Positions 21,172 to 30,280 of a DNA stretch of 60,521 bases are shown in pieces. Location of the stretch: the NCBI GenBank assembly GCA_001513285.1, contig LFTI01000087.1, forward strand, positions 1-60,521, read 5' to 3'. The translations under genes were made by a program, and so were the position numbers. Position 1 is the first letter of the stretch; every line of letters starts with the position of its first letter. The notes under the pieces are model-generated. The model made no database searches, was not told the origin of the DNA, and saw only the letters and a program-made list of their open reading frames with translations. The stretch is from Rikenellaceae bacterium DTU049 (lineage in GTDB: Bacteria > Bacteroidota > Bacteroidia > Bacteroidales > DTU049).

Positions 21172-21834
21172 ATGAAAAAAATTTACCTTTTTTTATTTTT
21201 CAATTTTTTAATATTCAATCTAATAGCTCAAAATTTTATTGGCATAGCTAATGTAGGTTTTAATATTTCGCAAGTTGATGGAGATGAGATTTATGGATTT
21301 AGAAAATTTGGAGCTAATGTAGGTCCTAGCGTTATGTACTCTTTTGGCAAAAATAACCAATGGCAAATAATTTTGGAAACTAATTTTAGCCAAAAAGGTT
21401 CTTATCAGAAATATCCCAATACATACGTAGATACTATGAAATTGCCATACTATAACTTAAGATTAAATTATGTAGAAATACCATTTCTTATATTATATAA
21501 TGATAAAAATTTAATCAGCTTTGGTGGTGGTTTTAGCTATGGTAGACTAACAAATGCCAAAGAATATGAATATGGTAATTTGATTAATTATAATACACTA
21601 CGAGGACCTTATGATGCTAATGATTTTGAAATTATTGCAGACGTACGTTTTAGAATATACCAAAAGCTATATGGTAATATTAGATATTCATATAGTATAA
21701 GCAAAATAAGAACTAGAAGTTATGATAATGGAGTAAACAGGTGGACGAGGGACCAATATAATAATGTAATATCAATAAGGTTTTTGTGGTATTTCAATCA
21801 GAAAATAGAAGATAAGCCGTCAAATAAAAAATAG
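21172..21834 (+). CDS. Outer-membrane beta-barrel (porin/PorT-like family) protein
   Basis: Signal peptide; G.N.SQVDGD...GF.K.G; SQKGS; LNYVEIP. Confidence 0.75.
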   Translation: MKKIYLFLFFNFLIFNLIAQNFIGIANVGFNISQVDGDEIYGFRKFGANVGPSVMYSFGKNNQWQIILETNFSQKGSYQKYPNTYVDTMKLPYYNLRLNYVEIPFLILYNDKNLISFGGGFSYGRLTNAKEYEYGNLINYNTLRGPYDANDFEIIADVRFRIYQKLYGNIRYSYSISKIRTRSYDNGVNRWTRDQYNNVISIRFLWYFNQKIEDKPSNKK

Positions 21835-21878
21835 TAAATTATTCAAATGTGTTAAGAGGGAAAGTAAACATGTTAATA

Positions 21879-22954
21879 TGTTATACTTTAAATATTTTAT
21901 TATTTTAATAAATTTTATTAATTTTGTACAAATTTTATAATTATGAAAGAATTATTAGAAAACATCGATAAATACTTGGCTCTACCTAAGGATCACAAGC
22001 GTGATTTCCTGGATGAGCTATATCAATATCTCGTTAATCACAATGCTACAGCTGTAGATTATCAAAAAGTAAAAATTCAATCTACCGCAGCCATATGTCC
22101 AGACTGCAAAAGCGAAAATGTCATAAAAGCGGGGAAAAGAAATGGCAGACAAGTTTATAAATGCAAAACATGCGGTTATCAATTCCGTGAAACTGCCCGC
22201 ACCTTTGTCTATCGTATGAGAAAATATCCATTAATGCTCAATTATATGAGATGTATGCTAGAAGGTAAAAGTCTGCGTGCTTGTGCTGATGAGGTCGGTA
22301 TTTGTCTAAAAACAAGCTTCGAATGGCGACACAAAATATTAGCTGCAATAAGAGCATTAGAAGGTGGTATAAGCTTCTCTGGTATAGTGGAAACTGATGA
22401 ACTGCTAATGAATTATTCAGAAAAAGGTAGAAAATTTAAAAGCAAAGAAGAATATCGACGAGCTAAAAAGAAAAAACATCCCAAAGTAGCAGTATTAGTA
22501 GTTACAGACAGAGAAGGCAATTTACTTTTCAAACAAGTTGGAGAGAAAAAAGTAAAAAATGAGCAATTGAGAGATGAACTCAAAAATAGATTGTCAGAAA
22601 ACAATCTGATATGTGTGAAGCCAAAGAAAGAGTTTAGAAAAGCAGTTAAGAGTTTACAAAGTAAAAAGGTCATAGTAAACAAAAGACAAATTAAACGAGG
22701 GATATATAGTGTAAAGATAGTAGAAAGCAAAATAAGTGATTTCAAGATGTGGTTGAGTAGATTTCATGGAGTAGCTACGAAGTATTTGCAAAGCTACTTG
22801 ATGTGGTTTGTGATAGTGAATAAGTACTTAAAAGAGTTGATAGAATCTGACATTGGCAGATTACTAAACCTGTCATCTCACGACAGATGGGCGTGGGACA
22901 AATATAGAGAGATAGTCAGTCAAAGATATGATTAACATATTGTAAAGTATAACA
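21879..22954 (+). mobile_element. IS1595-like element copy 2 bounded by inverted repeats
   Basis: TGTTATACTTTA (21879-21890) / TAAAGTATAACA (22943-22954), a perfect 12-bp inverted pair enclosing the transposase-like ORF; no TSD recognised. Confidence 0.6.
21943..22935 (+). CDS. IS1595-family transposase-like protein, copy 2
   Basis: CPDC..CKTC, WRHKIL, GIVETDE, RFHGVATKYLQSYLMWF; second Asp absent (ICVKP); -7 box TAATTTTG at 21919-21926. Confidence 0.85.
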   Translation: MKELLENIDKYLALPKDHKRDFLDELYQYLVNHNATAVDYQKVKIQSTAAICPDCKSENVIKAGKRNGRQVYKCKTCGYQFRETARTFVYRMRKYPLMLNYMRCMLEGKSLRACADEVGICLKTSFEWRHKILAAIRALEGGISFSGIVETDELLMNYSEKGRKFKSKEEYRRAKKKKHPKVAVLVVTDREGNLLFKQVGEKKVKNEQLRDELKNRLSENNLICVKPKKEFRKAVKSLQSKKVIVNKRQIKRGIYSVKIVESKISDFKMWLSRFHGVATKYLQSYLMWFVIVNKYLKELIESDIGRLLNLSSHDRWAWDKYREIVSQRYD

Positions 22955-23108
22955 AAAATTTGATACTTCATAACCCCTCCCTCTCCTTTCTTCTCTACAT
23001 CCTCCCTATTAAAAATTTTTTGACTTTTTAACAATTCTTTCAAATAATGATATTTATTCTATTTGCTTTTTATATAAACTAATATTATTAATTTTGTGAT
23101 ATAATTAT

Positions 23109-24203
23109 TTGATGATGAAAGAAAAAATTTTAGAAGCTTTAAAATCAGTAATTGATCCTGATCTCAAAAAGGATATAGTATCTTTAGGAATGGTTCAAAA
23201 TTTGGAAATCAATGGTAGTAAAGTTAGTTTTTCTATAGTTTTAACTACTCCTGCGTGTCCATTAAAAGAAATGTTTAAAGATCAAGCCATTAATGCAGTT
23301 AAGTCTGTAATGCCAAATGCAGATATTGATGTTAAGATTACTTCTAATACTACTACGGCTAGGGCTCATTCAATTATGGGAAATATTAAAAATATTGTAG
23401 CTGTAGTTTCAGGCAAAGGTGGCGTTGGCAAATCTACTATTGCAACTAATTTAGCTGTAGGTTTAGCTCTTAGAGGTGCTAAAGTTGGGTTTATTGATGC
23501 TGATATTCACGGTCCTAGTGCTCCTTTAATGTTTGGCTTGGAGAATGCTCAACCTGAAGTGGTTGAAAACAATGGTAAACAAATTATTACTCCATTAGAA
23601 AAATATGGAGTGAAAATAATGAGTATGGGGTTTTTTATTGATCCAGAAAAAGCCCTTATATGGCGTGGCCCTATGATTGGCTCTGCTTTTAAACAAATTA
23701 TGGAGGATACTAATTGGGGAGAGTTGGATTATCTCATTATTGATACTCCTCCTGGTACAGGAGATATTCATCTGACACTTGTTCAGAATTATAGTCTTAC
23801 TGGTGTTGTCATCGTTACTACTCCTCAAAAAATTGCTATTAATGATGCAGTGAAAGCTATTAATATGTTTAAGGACTCCAATATTAATGTGCCTATTTTA
23901 GGAATTGTAGAAAATATGTCTTATTTCATCCCCCCAGATGCTCCAGATAAGAAGTATAATATTTTCTCTGGACTTGGCTCTATAAATGATATTGCTAAAA
24001 AATTTCATACAAATATTCTTGGACAGATTCCTATCGATCCACAAATATGTGATGAAGCAGATAACGGCCGTCCAGCTATATTAGATGATAATACAGCTTA
24101 TTCTTTAGAGCTTAGAAAAATGGTAGATGCTACTACTCAGGCTATTTCTATTCGTAATGCTACTCTTCCAGAGACTAAAATTGTAGAAATTAAAAATCAA
24201 TAA
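23109..24203 (+). CDS. mrp: Mrp/NBP35 (ApbC) Fe-S cluster carrier ATPase
   Basis: DPDL..DIV, TTPACP, SGKGGVGKST, DADIHGPS, WRGPM, DTPPGTGD, ENMS. Confidence 0.93.
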   Translation: MMMKEKILEALKSVIDPDLKKDIVSLGMVQNLEINGSKVSFSIVLTTPACPLKEMFKDQAINAVKSVMPNADIDVKITSNTTTARAHSIMGNIKNIVAVVSGKGGVGKSTIATNLAVGLALRGAKVGFIDADIHGPSAPLMFGLENAQPEVVENNGKQIITPLEKYGVKIMSMGFFIDPEKALIWRGPMIGSAFKQIMEDTNWGELDYLIIDTPPGTGDIHLTLVQNYSLTGVVIVTTPQKIAINDAVKAINMFKDSNINVPILGIVENMSYFIPPDAPDKKYNIFSGLGSINDIAKKFHTNILGQIPIDPQICDEADNGRPAILDDNTAYSLELRKMVDATTQAISIRNATLPETKIVEIKNQ

Positions 24204-24214
24204 ATTTTAAAATC

Positions 24215-24457
24215 ATGGAATACGAAGAAATTAAAAAAAGAGTCCTTTATCTTCTAGATCAAATGCGTCCATATTTACAAAATGATGGTGGTGATATGGA
24301 ATTCATAGAATTGACAGATGATTTTATTGTAAAATTAAAATTAACTGGTGCTTGTCATTCTTGCCCAATGTCTGTGATTACTATAAAAAATGGAATTGAA
24401 GAAACTCTAAAAAAATATATACCTGAAATCAAGGAAGTTGTAAATGTATTAAGTTAA
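24215..24457 (+). CDS. NifU C-terminal (Nfu) domain protein
   Basis: RPYLQNDGGD, GACHSCPMS. Confidence 0.92.
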   Translation: MEYEEIKKRVLYLLDQMRPYLQNDGGDMEFIELTDDFIVKLKLTGACHSCPMSVITIKNGIEETLKKYIPEIKEVVNVLS

Positions 24458-24489
24458 AAAAAAGTTAATATCAACTAACTTTTTTTAAC
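24453..24489 (+). terminator. AT-rich hairpin after nifU, probable terminator
   Basis: GTTAAAAAAAAGTTA...TAACTTTTTTTAAC near-perfect inverted repeat at the stop codon. Confidence 0.5.
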
Positions 24490-24526
24490 CAAGTACTTTC
24501 ATTTATTAACCTAAAGTGTAATTGTT

Positions 24527-24736
24527 TTATTTGTGCTCATTTGTGTGTATTGGTGGATAATAAATAACAACCCACAATGCCCATAATTTCATCCACAGAT
24601 TTACACAAATTAACAATGATGAAATAGTTTTTGATTGAATTTATGAATTAATTCACATCTAATATCTTACTAAACTGATCAACTTTTCAACTCATCAACT
24701 TTAATTTCTTATTTGTGCTCATTTGTGTGTATTGGT
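24527..24736. repeat. Intergenic repeat cluster: 28-bp exact direct repeat plus a degenerate inverted copy
   Basis: TTATTTGTGCTCATTTGTGTGTATTGGT at 24527-24554 and 24709-24736; ATCCACAGATTTACACAAAT at 24591-24610; TCAACT microrepeats at 24679-24700. Confidence 0.85.
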
Positions 24737-24840
24737 AGACGTTTTTTAATCACATTTTCCAATAATTACATTATATTTTAAAATTATTATTAGCAAAATT
24801 TAAAATATTGCTACTTTTACTAAATTATTTATAATTTTTT

Positions 24841-26181
24841 ATGGAAACAATTGTTACCGAATTTATCAATAAAAAAATCTGTATTTGGGGATGGGGACGA
24901 GAAGGCAAAAGCACATTACAATTTATAAATAAATTTGTTCAAAGTCCAGATGTAGTGATTGCTGATAAAAATTCTATTGATAATATTGCCATTCCATATA
25001 TTTCTGAAAATGAGCTGATTGCTAACATAGATAAATTTGATATTATAATTAAAGCTCCAGGTATTAGTCTATATAATTTGAATATTAAAAAAACTAATAA
25101 TATTACAAGTCAAGTTGAATTATTCTTAAAATATTTTAAAGATAAAACTATTGGTATTACTGGTACCAAAGGCAAATCTACTACAACTAATTTAGTATAT
25201 TTTTTATTAAAAAATTTAAATTATAATGTACAAATTGGTGGAAATATTGGAATACCTGTATTTGACCTTTTAATGAATGATAAACAACCAGATTGGTACG
25301 TCTTAGAATTATCTTGTCATCAATTAGATAGTATAAATTATTCACCTCATTTAGCAATTTTATTAAATATTTTCCCAGAGCATCTAGATTACTATCAATC
25401 CTTTGAATCGTATAAAAATGCTAAATTTAATATCATTGCTCATCAGAATAATAATGACCTTGCTATAATAAATAACAATATTTCTGATATTCCAAATATA
25501 GATAGTGAAATTTGGAATTTCGGTGAAAACATTAAAAATAGTCAAAGAGGATTATTTTATATTAACAATAATTTAATTTTTAAAGATGCTAACAACACTA
25601 AAAAATTATCAATCGATCAAACCAAATTAAAACTACAAGGTCAGCACAACATTCATAATATTTGTGCAGCATTACTAGCTACACATTTTGTTACTGGCAG
25701 AGAAATAGAAACATTTTTACATGAAATTTATGAATTTCAGCCTTTACCACATAGATTGGAGTATGTAGGTAAATTCAAAAATATTCATTTTTACAATGAT
25801 AGCATCTCTACAATACCACAATCTACTATTGCAGCATTAGAATCACTGCACGATGTAGACACTTTAATAATAGGTGGGATGAATAGAGGTATAAATTATT
25901 CTGAACTTTTTGATTATTTAAAAAAATCTAAGGTAAAAAATATATTTTGCATAGGAGAATTAAAAGATTTTTTATATCAAAATTTAGACAATTATAAAGA
26001 TAAAAATGTAATTAAATTTGAAGATTTACAACAAGCTGTGGATGCTGCTTTTCAATTTACCTCTCCTGGTAAAATTTGTTTATTATCGCCTGCAGCAGCT
26101 AGCTATGATCAGTTCAAAAATTTCGAAGAGCGTGGTGATAAATTCAAACAATATATAGAAAATTTTTATACAAAAATCTAG
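24841..26181 (+). CDS. murD: UDP-MurNAc-L-Ala--glutamate ligase (MurD family, MurD2-like signatures)
   Basis: GITGTKGKSTT, GGNIG, ELS, PHRLE, NDSIST, LLSPAAASYDQFKNFEERG. Confidence 0.92.
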   Translation: METIVTEFINKKICIWGWGREGKSTLQFINKFVQSPDVVIADKNSIDNIAIPYISENELIANIDKFDIIIKAPGISLYNLNIKKTNNITSQVELFLKYFKDKTIGITGTKGKSTTTNLVYFLLKNLNYNVQIGGNIGIPVFDLLMNDKQPDWYVLELSCHQLDSINYSPHLAILLNIFPEHLDYYQSFESYKNAKFNIIAHQNNNDLAIINNNISDIPNIDSEIWNFGENIKNSQRGLFYINNNLIFKDANNTKKLSIDQTKLKLQGQHNIHNICAALLATHFVTGREIETFLHEIYEFQPLPHRLEYVGKFKNIHFYNDSISTIPQSTIAALESLHDVDTLIIGGMNRGINYSELFDYLKKSKVKNIFCIGELKDFLYQNLDNYKDKNVIKFEDLQQAVDAAFQFTSPGKICLLSPAAASYDQFKNFEERGDKFKQYIENFYTKI

Positions 26182-26216
26182 TTTAAGGTTAATAGTTATA
26201 TGCTTCTATACCATTA

Positions 26217-26753
26217 TTATACAAATTTTTCTTTTTCTTCTTTATGAAATAACCAAGACCTTATTAATTCAGCAATGCAAATAAATATAATAGTAAAAAC
26301 TATTTCTTCGATAATAAAAAAGAATCTAATATGCATCCATGAAGAGAGATAATTTATGATATTTACTAAAAAAGTAAAAATTGTTGAAAAAATAGTTATA
26401 TATATTAAAAAACTCCTCCATCCTAGCAAATTTGAATTGGCATAAAGTGAAGTATCTATCTTTTTAAATTTATTATATTGTGGTAATAAAAAATAATAAT
26501 GCTGAATAAAAATAATAGCTATAGCACCAAAAGCATATAATCCATAAGTGAATGTAAATAAATCTCGTAAAAGACCAATCAAAAAAGCAATAAATATCAA
26601 AGATGTTTTATTTATATTAAATGGGATCAAACATAAAATAATATAGATGAATAAATTAATCTGTACTCCATACGATAGTGGTAAATGATCTAATATTAGA
26701 ACTTGAAAAAGGAAAATTAATATAGCAAATAATACTTTTTTAAAAGTCTGCAT
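26217..26753 (-). CDS. mreD: Rod shape-determining protein MreD
   Basis: Hydrophobic; FQVLIL, AFLIGL..D.F; downstream of mreC. Confidence 0.75.
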   Translation of the reverse strand: MQTFKKVLFAILIFLFQVLILDHLPLSYGVQINLFIYIILCLIPFNINKTSLIFIAFLIGLLRDLFTFTYGLYAFGAIAIIFIQHYYFLLPQYNKFKKIDTSLYANSNLLGWRSFLIYITIFSTIFTFLVNIINYLSSWMHIRFFFIIEEIVFTIIFICIAELIRSWLFHKEEKEKFV

Positions 26754-26756
26754 GAA

Positions 26757-27584
26757 TTATTTATTTTGATTAAGTTGCATTATTTGATCATTATCAATAA
26801 ACTTAACTACATAAACGAAATATACATTGTATAAATTTTCTAAATAATTAAATTTATATGTCATCGATTGATTGTCTGGGTTAAAATATTTAGAAGTAAC
26901 AACTCCAATAGGTATATTTGGTGGAAAAAAAGTTGAATAAGCACTAGTAAAAATAGTATCACCAAGATTAATTTTAACAGTGAATGGTACATTTACTATT
27001 TCACCCGTTCCTATATGTTTTCTATCCCATTGAGCTATACCAACGTAGTTATTATTTATTGCAGCGGAGATTTTGACATCAGGATGCATATAAGTTTTTA
27101 GCAAACTATATCTATCAGAAACAGAGCTTACTATCCCTAGGATTCCATTAGGTGTAAAGACACCACTATTTTCGCTTATGCCATCTCTCCTACCCTTTTC
27201 TATAATTGCATAATTCTTTGATTCATGAATGGTCATAGACAATAATCTAGCAGGGAAAAAAGAATATAAATTTTTTAACGAGTCTGGTATTAAAAACGTA
27301 CTATCAGAAACAGATATGCATTTAACATTCATAGAATTATGCAATCTATCATTTAGGATTAAATTCTCTATAACTAGTTCTTCGTTTTCTTTTTTTAAAG
27401 AAAAATAATAAGAAATATTACTCGACAATTTATTGAATGGAGAAACTATGAAAGATGAAATTTTAAAAAAATAAGCTTTATGAATTTCAGAATTATAAAT
27501 AAAAAGCCATAAACAAAAAATAGATAATATGAGAAAAGTAATAGTAAAATTATATTTTTTAAAAAATCTTAGCCAGCTCCACAT
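26757..27584 (-). CDS. mreC: Rod shape-determining protein MreC
   Basis: N-terminal TM, YFSLKKENEEL..EN, KG..DGI, GDTIFTS..S..FP..IPIG. Confidence 0.9.
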   Translation of the reverse strand: MWSWLRFFKKYNFTITFLILSIFCLWLFIYNSEIHKAYFFKISSFIVSPFNKLSSNISYYFSLKKENEELVIENLILNDRLHNSMNVKCISVSDSTFLIPDSLKNLYSFFPARLLSMTIHESKNYAIIEKGRRDGISENSGVFTPNGILGIVSSVSDRYSLLKTYMHPDVKISAAINNNYVGIAQWDRKHIGTGEIVNVPFTVKINLGDTIFTSAYSTFFPPNIPIGVVTSKYFNPDNQSMTYKFNYLENLYNVYFVYVVKFIDNDQIMQLNQNK

Positions 27585-27587
27585 GAA

Positions 27588-28607
27588 TTAAATAAGGAAA
27601 GGGAATTTATTAAAATTTTTAAGAGCTACGCTAGTACCTCTAGCTACAGCTAAAAGAGGATCTTCGCCCAACTGCACTTTTAATTTTATTCTAGATGACA
27701 ATCTTTTATCTAAGCCACGAAGTAATGAGCTACCGCCAGTAAGATAAACACCATTTTTCAATATATCTGCAGATAGTTCTGGTGGAGTATTTTCTAATGC
27801 ACTAATTACGGTATCTTCTATTTTAGAAATAGTTTTATCTATAGCATGAGCTATCTCTTCATGGTTAACATGTACTGAGCGAGGTATACCAGTTATTATA
27901 TCTCTACCATTAACTTCTATAGGGTCAGGTGGATTTTCAATATTAGGTATAGCAGCACCAACATCAATTTTAATACGTTCTGCTGTTCTTTCACCGATAC
28001 TGAGATTATGAGCACGTCTCATATAATCTTGTATATCTTCATTGAGTTCAGTACCACCTATGCGAATGCTTTTATTACTAATAATACCACCTAAAGCAAT
28101 AACTGCCACCTCAGTAGTACCACCACCTATGTCTACAATCATATTACCTGTATTGTCTAATACATCTATACCTATACCTAAAGCTGCAGCCATAGGTTCA
28201 TAAATTAATTTTACTTCTTTAGCGCCAGCTTGTTCAGCAGAGTCGTGTACAGCTCTCATTTCTACCTCAGTGATACCACTAGGAATACCTATTACCATAC
28301 GATAACTATAATTAATGATAGTATTTTTCCAAGGTATCATTTTAATAAATTCCCTAATCATTATCTCAGCAGCATAGAAATCTGCTATTACTCCATCTCT
28401 CAATGGGATAATAGTTTTTATATGTTCATGAGTTTTGCCATGCATCATCATAGCTTTTTTGCCAACAGCCATCACAGTATTTGTAGTATTATCTATCGCA
28501 ACGATAGATGGTTCATTTACTACCACTTTATCATTATACATTATCACTGTATTAGCTGTACCTAAGTCTATTGCTATTTCTTTTGTTAAAAAATTAAACA
28601 AAGCCAT
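27588..28607 (-). CDS. mreB: Rod shape-determining protein MreB
   Basis: IAIDLGTANT, PLRDGVIADF, EPMAAA.G, DIGGGTTE, TPPELSAD. Confidence 0.97.
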   Translation of the reverse strand: MALFNFLTKEIAIDLGTANTVIMYNDKVVVNEPSIVAIDNTTNTVMAVGKKAMMMHGKTHEHIKTIIPLRDGVIADFYAAEIMIREFIKMIPWKNTIINYSYRMVIGIPSGITEVEMRAVHDSAEQAGAKEVKLIYEPMAAALGIGIDVLDNTGNMIVDIGGGTTEVAVIALGGIISNKSIRIGGTELNEDIQDYMRRAHNLSIGERTAERIKIDVGAAIPNIENPPDPIEVNGRDIITGIPRSVHVNHEEIAHAIDKTISKIEDTVISALENTPPELSADILKNGVYLTGGSSLLRGLDKRLSSRIKLKVQLGEDPLLAVARGTSVALKNFNKFPFLI

Positions 28608-28623
28608 CTTATTCCTCTATTTT

Positions 28624-30147
28624 TTAATGTTTAAAATTCCTAATATTTGTAAATGACAAAATTAAATCATTTTCTTGACAATAAGATATAATATCTCTAT
28701 CATGTATAGATCCACCAGGCTCTACTATAGCTACGATGCCATTTTTATAAGCTAAATCTACACTATCTGCAAATGGGAAAAATCCATCACTAGCTAATAT
28801 TGCTCCATTGAGGTCGTGACCAAAAATTTTTGCTTTCTCAATTGCTAACTTAACAGCATCTACTCTGCTAGGTTGCCCACATCCCATACCTATCAATTGT
28901 TGATCTTTAACAATAGCAATAGCATTAGATTTTAAATATTTAGCAATGGATACACCAAGCGCCATATCCTCAATCAATTTATCATTTAATTTTTTGTTTT
29001 TAACTATCCATTCCCATTTAGATGTATCAGGGATATAATCATCTCTCTGCTGTACCAAACTACCACCTAAGACACTACGCCACATCCAACTATCAGGTTT
29101 AGCATCTGATATAGAAAGCAAAATTCTATTTTTTTTAATTGATAATTTCTCTATTTGTCCTTCTAAAAATCTGGGAACTATGAGAACTTCAAAAAACAAA
29201 CTATTTAATTTTTCTATAGTTTCATCATCGATAGGTGTATTAAAAGCAAAAATACCACCATAGGCAGATACAGGATCTCCAGCCAAAGTTTTTTCGAAAG
29301 CATCTGCAGGTCTATTGCTCACAGCTACACCACAAGGATTAGTATGTTTAACTACTACACAAGCATTTGGACTCAGTTCATTGACTAGTAACCAAGCACT
29401 ATCTATATCTAAAAAATTATTATATGATAAATCCTTACCATGATGTTTTTGATAGTTCATACTACCATCATGCATATAAAATGCTTGCTGATGAGGATTT
29501 TCGCCATAACGAAGTGGAGTTATTATATTTTTATTTACTATTTCAGTTTCTTTGCCAAAATATGGCTGAGAGAACCACTGAAATATAGCAGCATCATACA
29601 TCGTAGCAATAGCAAAAGCATTTTTGGCTAATAAGCGTCTATCTGACTCTAAACTATTACCATTTTTTATACATTCAAAGAAATGATTGTAATCACTTTT
29701 GTCAGCAGCTACTAGCACATCTTTGAAATTTTTAGCAGCAGCACGTATGAGCGTTATACCTCCGATATCTATTTTTTCGATAATTTCTTCTTCATTAGTA
29801 GCATATTTGCATGTTTCTCTAAAAGGGTAAAGATCTACCAGTACTGCGTCTATTTTTGCTAAATTATATTTGTTTGCTTCTTTTAAATCATTTTCATTAT
29901 CTCGTCTAAGCAATATTCCACCTAATATAGCTGGATGTAGAGTCTTCACTCGTCCATTTAAAAGAGCTGGATAATTAGTTAATTCATCTATTTCTATTAC
30001 ATCAATTCCATATTCATTAAGAAATTTACTAGTTCCACCTGTAGATATAATTTGGCCTCTATAATTTTTCAAAATTTCTATATAAGGTAAAAGCAAGTTT
30101 TTATTATATACTGAAATTAATATAGAATTTATTGGTTTGAGAGACAT
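28624..30147 (-). CDS. purH: Bifunctional AICAR transformylase/IMP cyclohydrolase
   Basis: ISTGGT, GRVKTLHP, IDIGG, LRYGENPHQ, KHTNPCG, SDGFFPF, RNFKH. Confidence 0.97.
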   Translation of the reverse strand: MSLKPINSILISVYNKNLLLPYIEILKNYRGQIISTGGTSKFLNEYGIDVIEIDELTNYPALLNGRVKTLHPAILGGILLRRDNENDLKEANKYNLAKIDAVLVDLYPFRETCKYATNEEEIIEKIDIGGITLIRAAAKNFKDVLVAADKSDYNHFFECIKNGNSLESDRRLLAKNAFAIATMYDAAIFQWFSQPYFGKETEIVNKNIITPLRYGENPHQQAFYMHDGSMNYQKHHGKDLSYNNFLDIDSAWLLVNELSPNACVVVKHTNPCGVAVSNRPADAFEKTLAGDPVSAYGGIFAFNTPIDDETIEKLNSLFFEVLIVPRFLEGQIEKLSIKKNRILLSISDAKPDSWMWRSVLGGSLVQQRDDYIPDTSKWEWIVKNKKLNDKLIEDMALGVSIAKYLKSNAIAIVKDQQLIGMGCGQPSRVDAVKLAIEKAKIFGHDLNGAILASDGFFPFADSVDLAYKNGIVAIVEPGGSIHDRDIISYCQENDLILSFTNIRNFKH

Positions 30148-30280
30148 TTTTTTGCAAAATTAAAAATAAAAATGATATTTTTATTATAATCGAGAAAGAT
30201 TATTTTTTTAATATAAACCATTAATATTTCGCAGAAAAATACTGCAAAACATTAAGTAGAATGAAATTATAATTGTAGCT

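Noticed and set aside
20975-21172. 65-aa minus-strand ORF
   Set aside because: It is the antisense reading of the two tRNA genes.
20999-22954. tRNA-targeted integrative island
   Set aside because: No integrase and no duplicated tRNA 3' end were found; downstream genes are housekeeping.
22930-22957. dif/XerCD-like site at the IS1595-like 3' ends (ATATGTTAAT resembles an XerD arm; terminus-like skew)
   Set aside because: There is no convincing XerC arm at 6-bp spacing in any copy, and the motif is better explained as the inverted TGTT box. Not fully excluded.
24527-24736. Possible CRISPR array from 28-bp direct repeats
   Set aside because: Only two copies, separated by 154 bp; no regular spacers and no cas genes.
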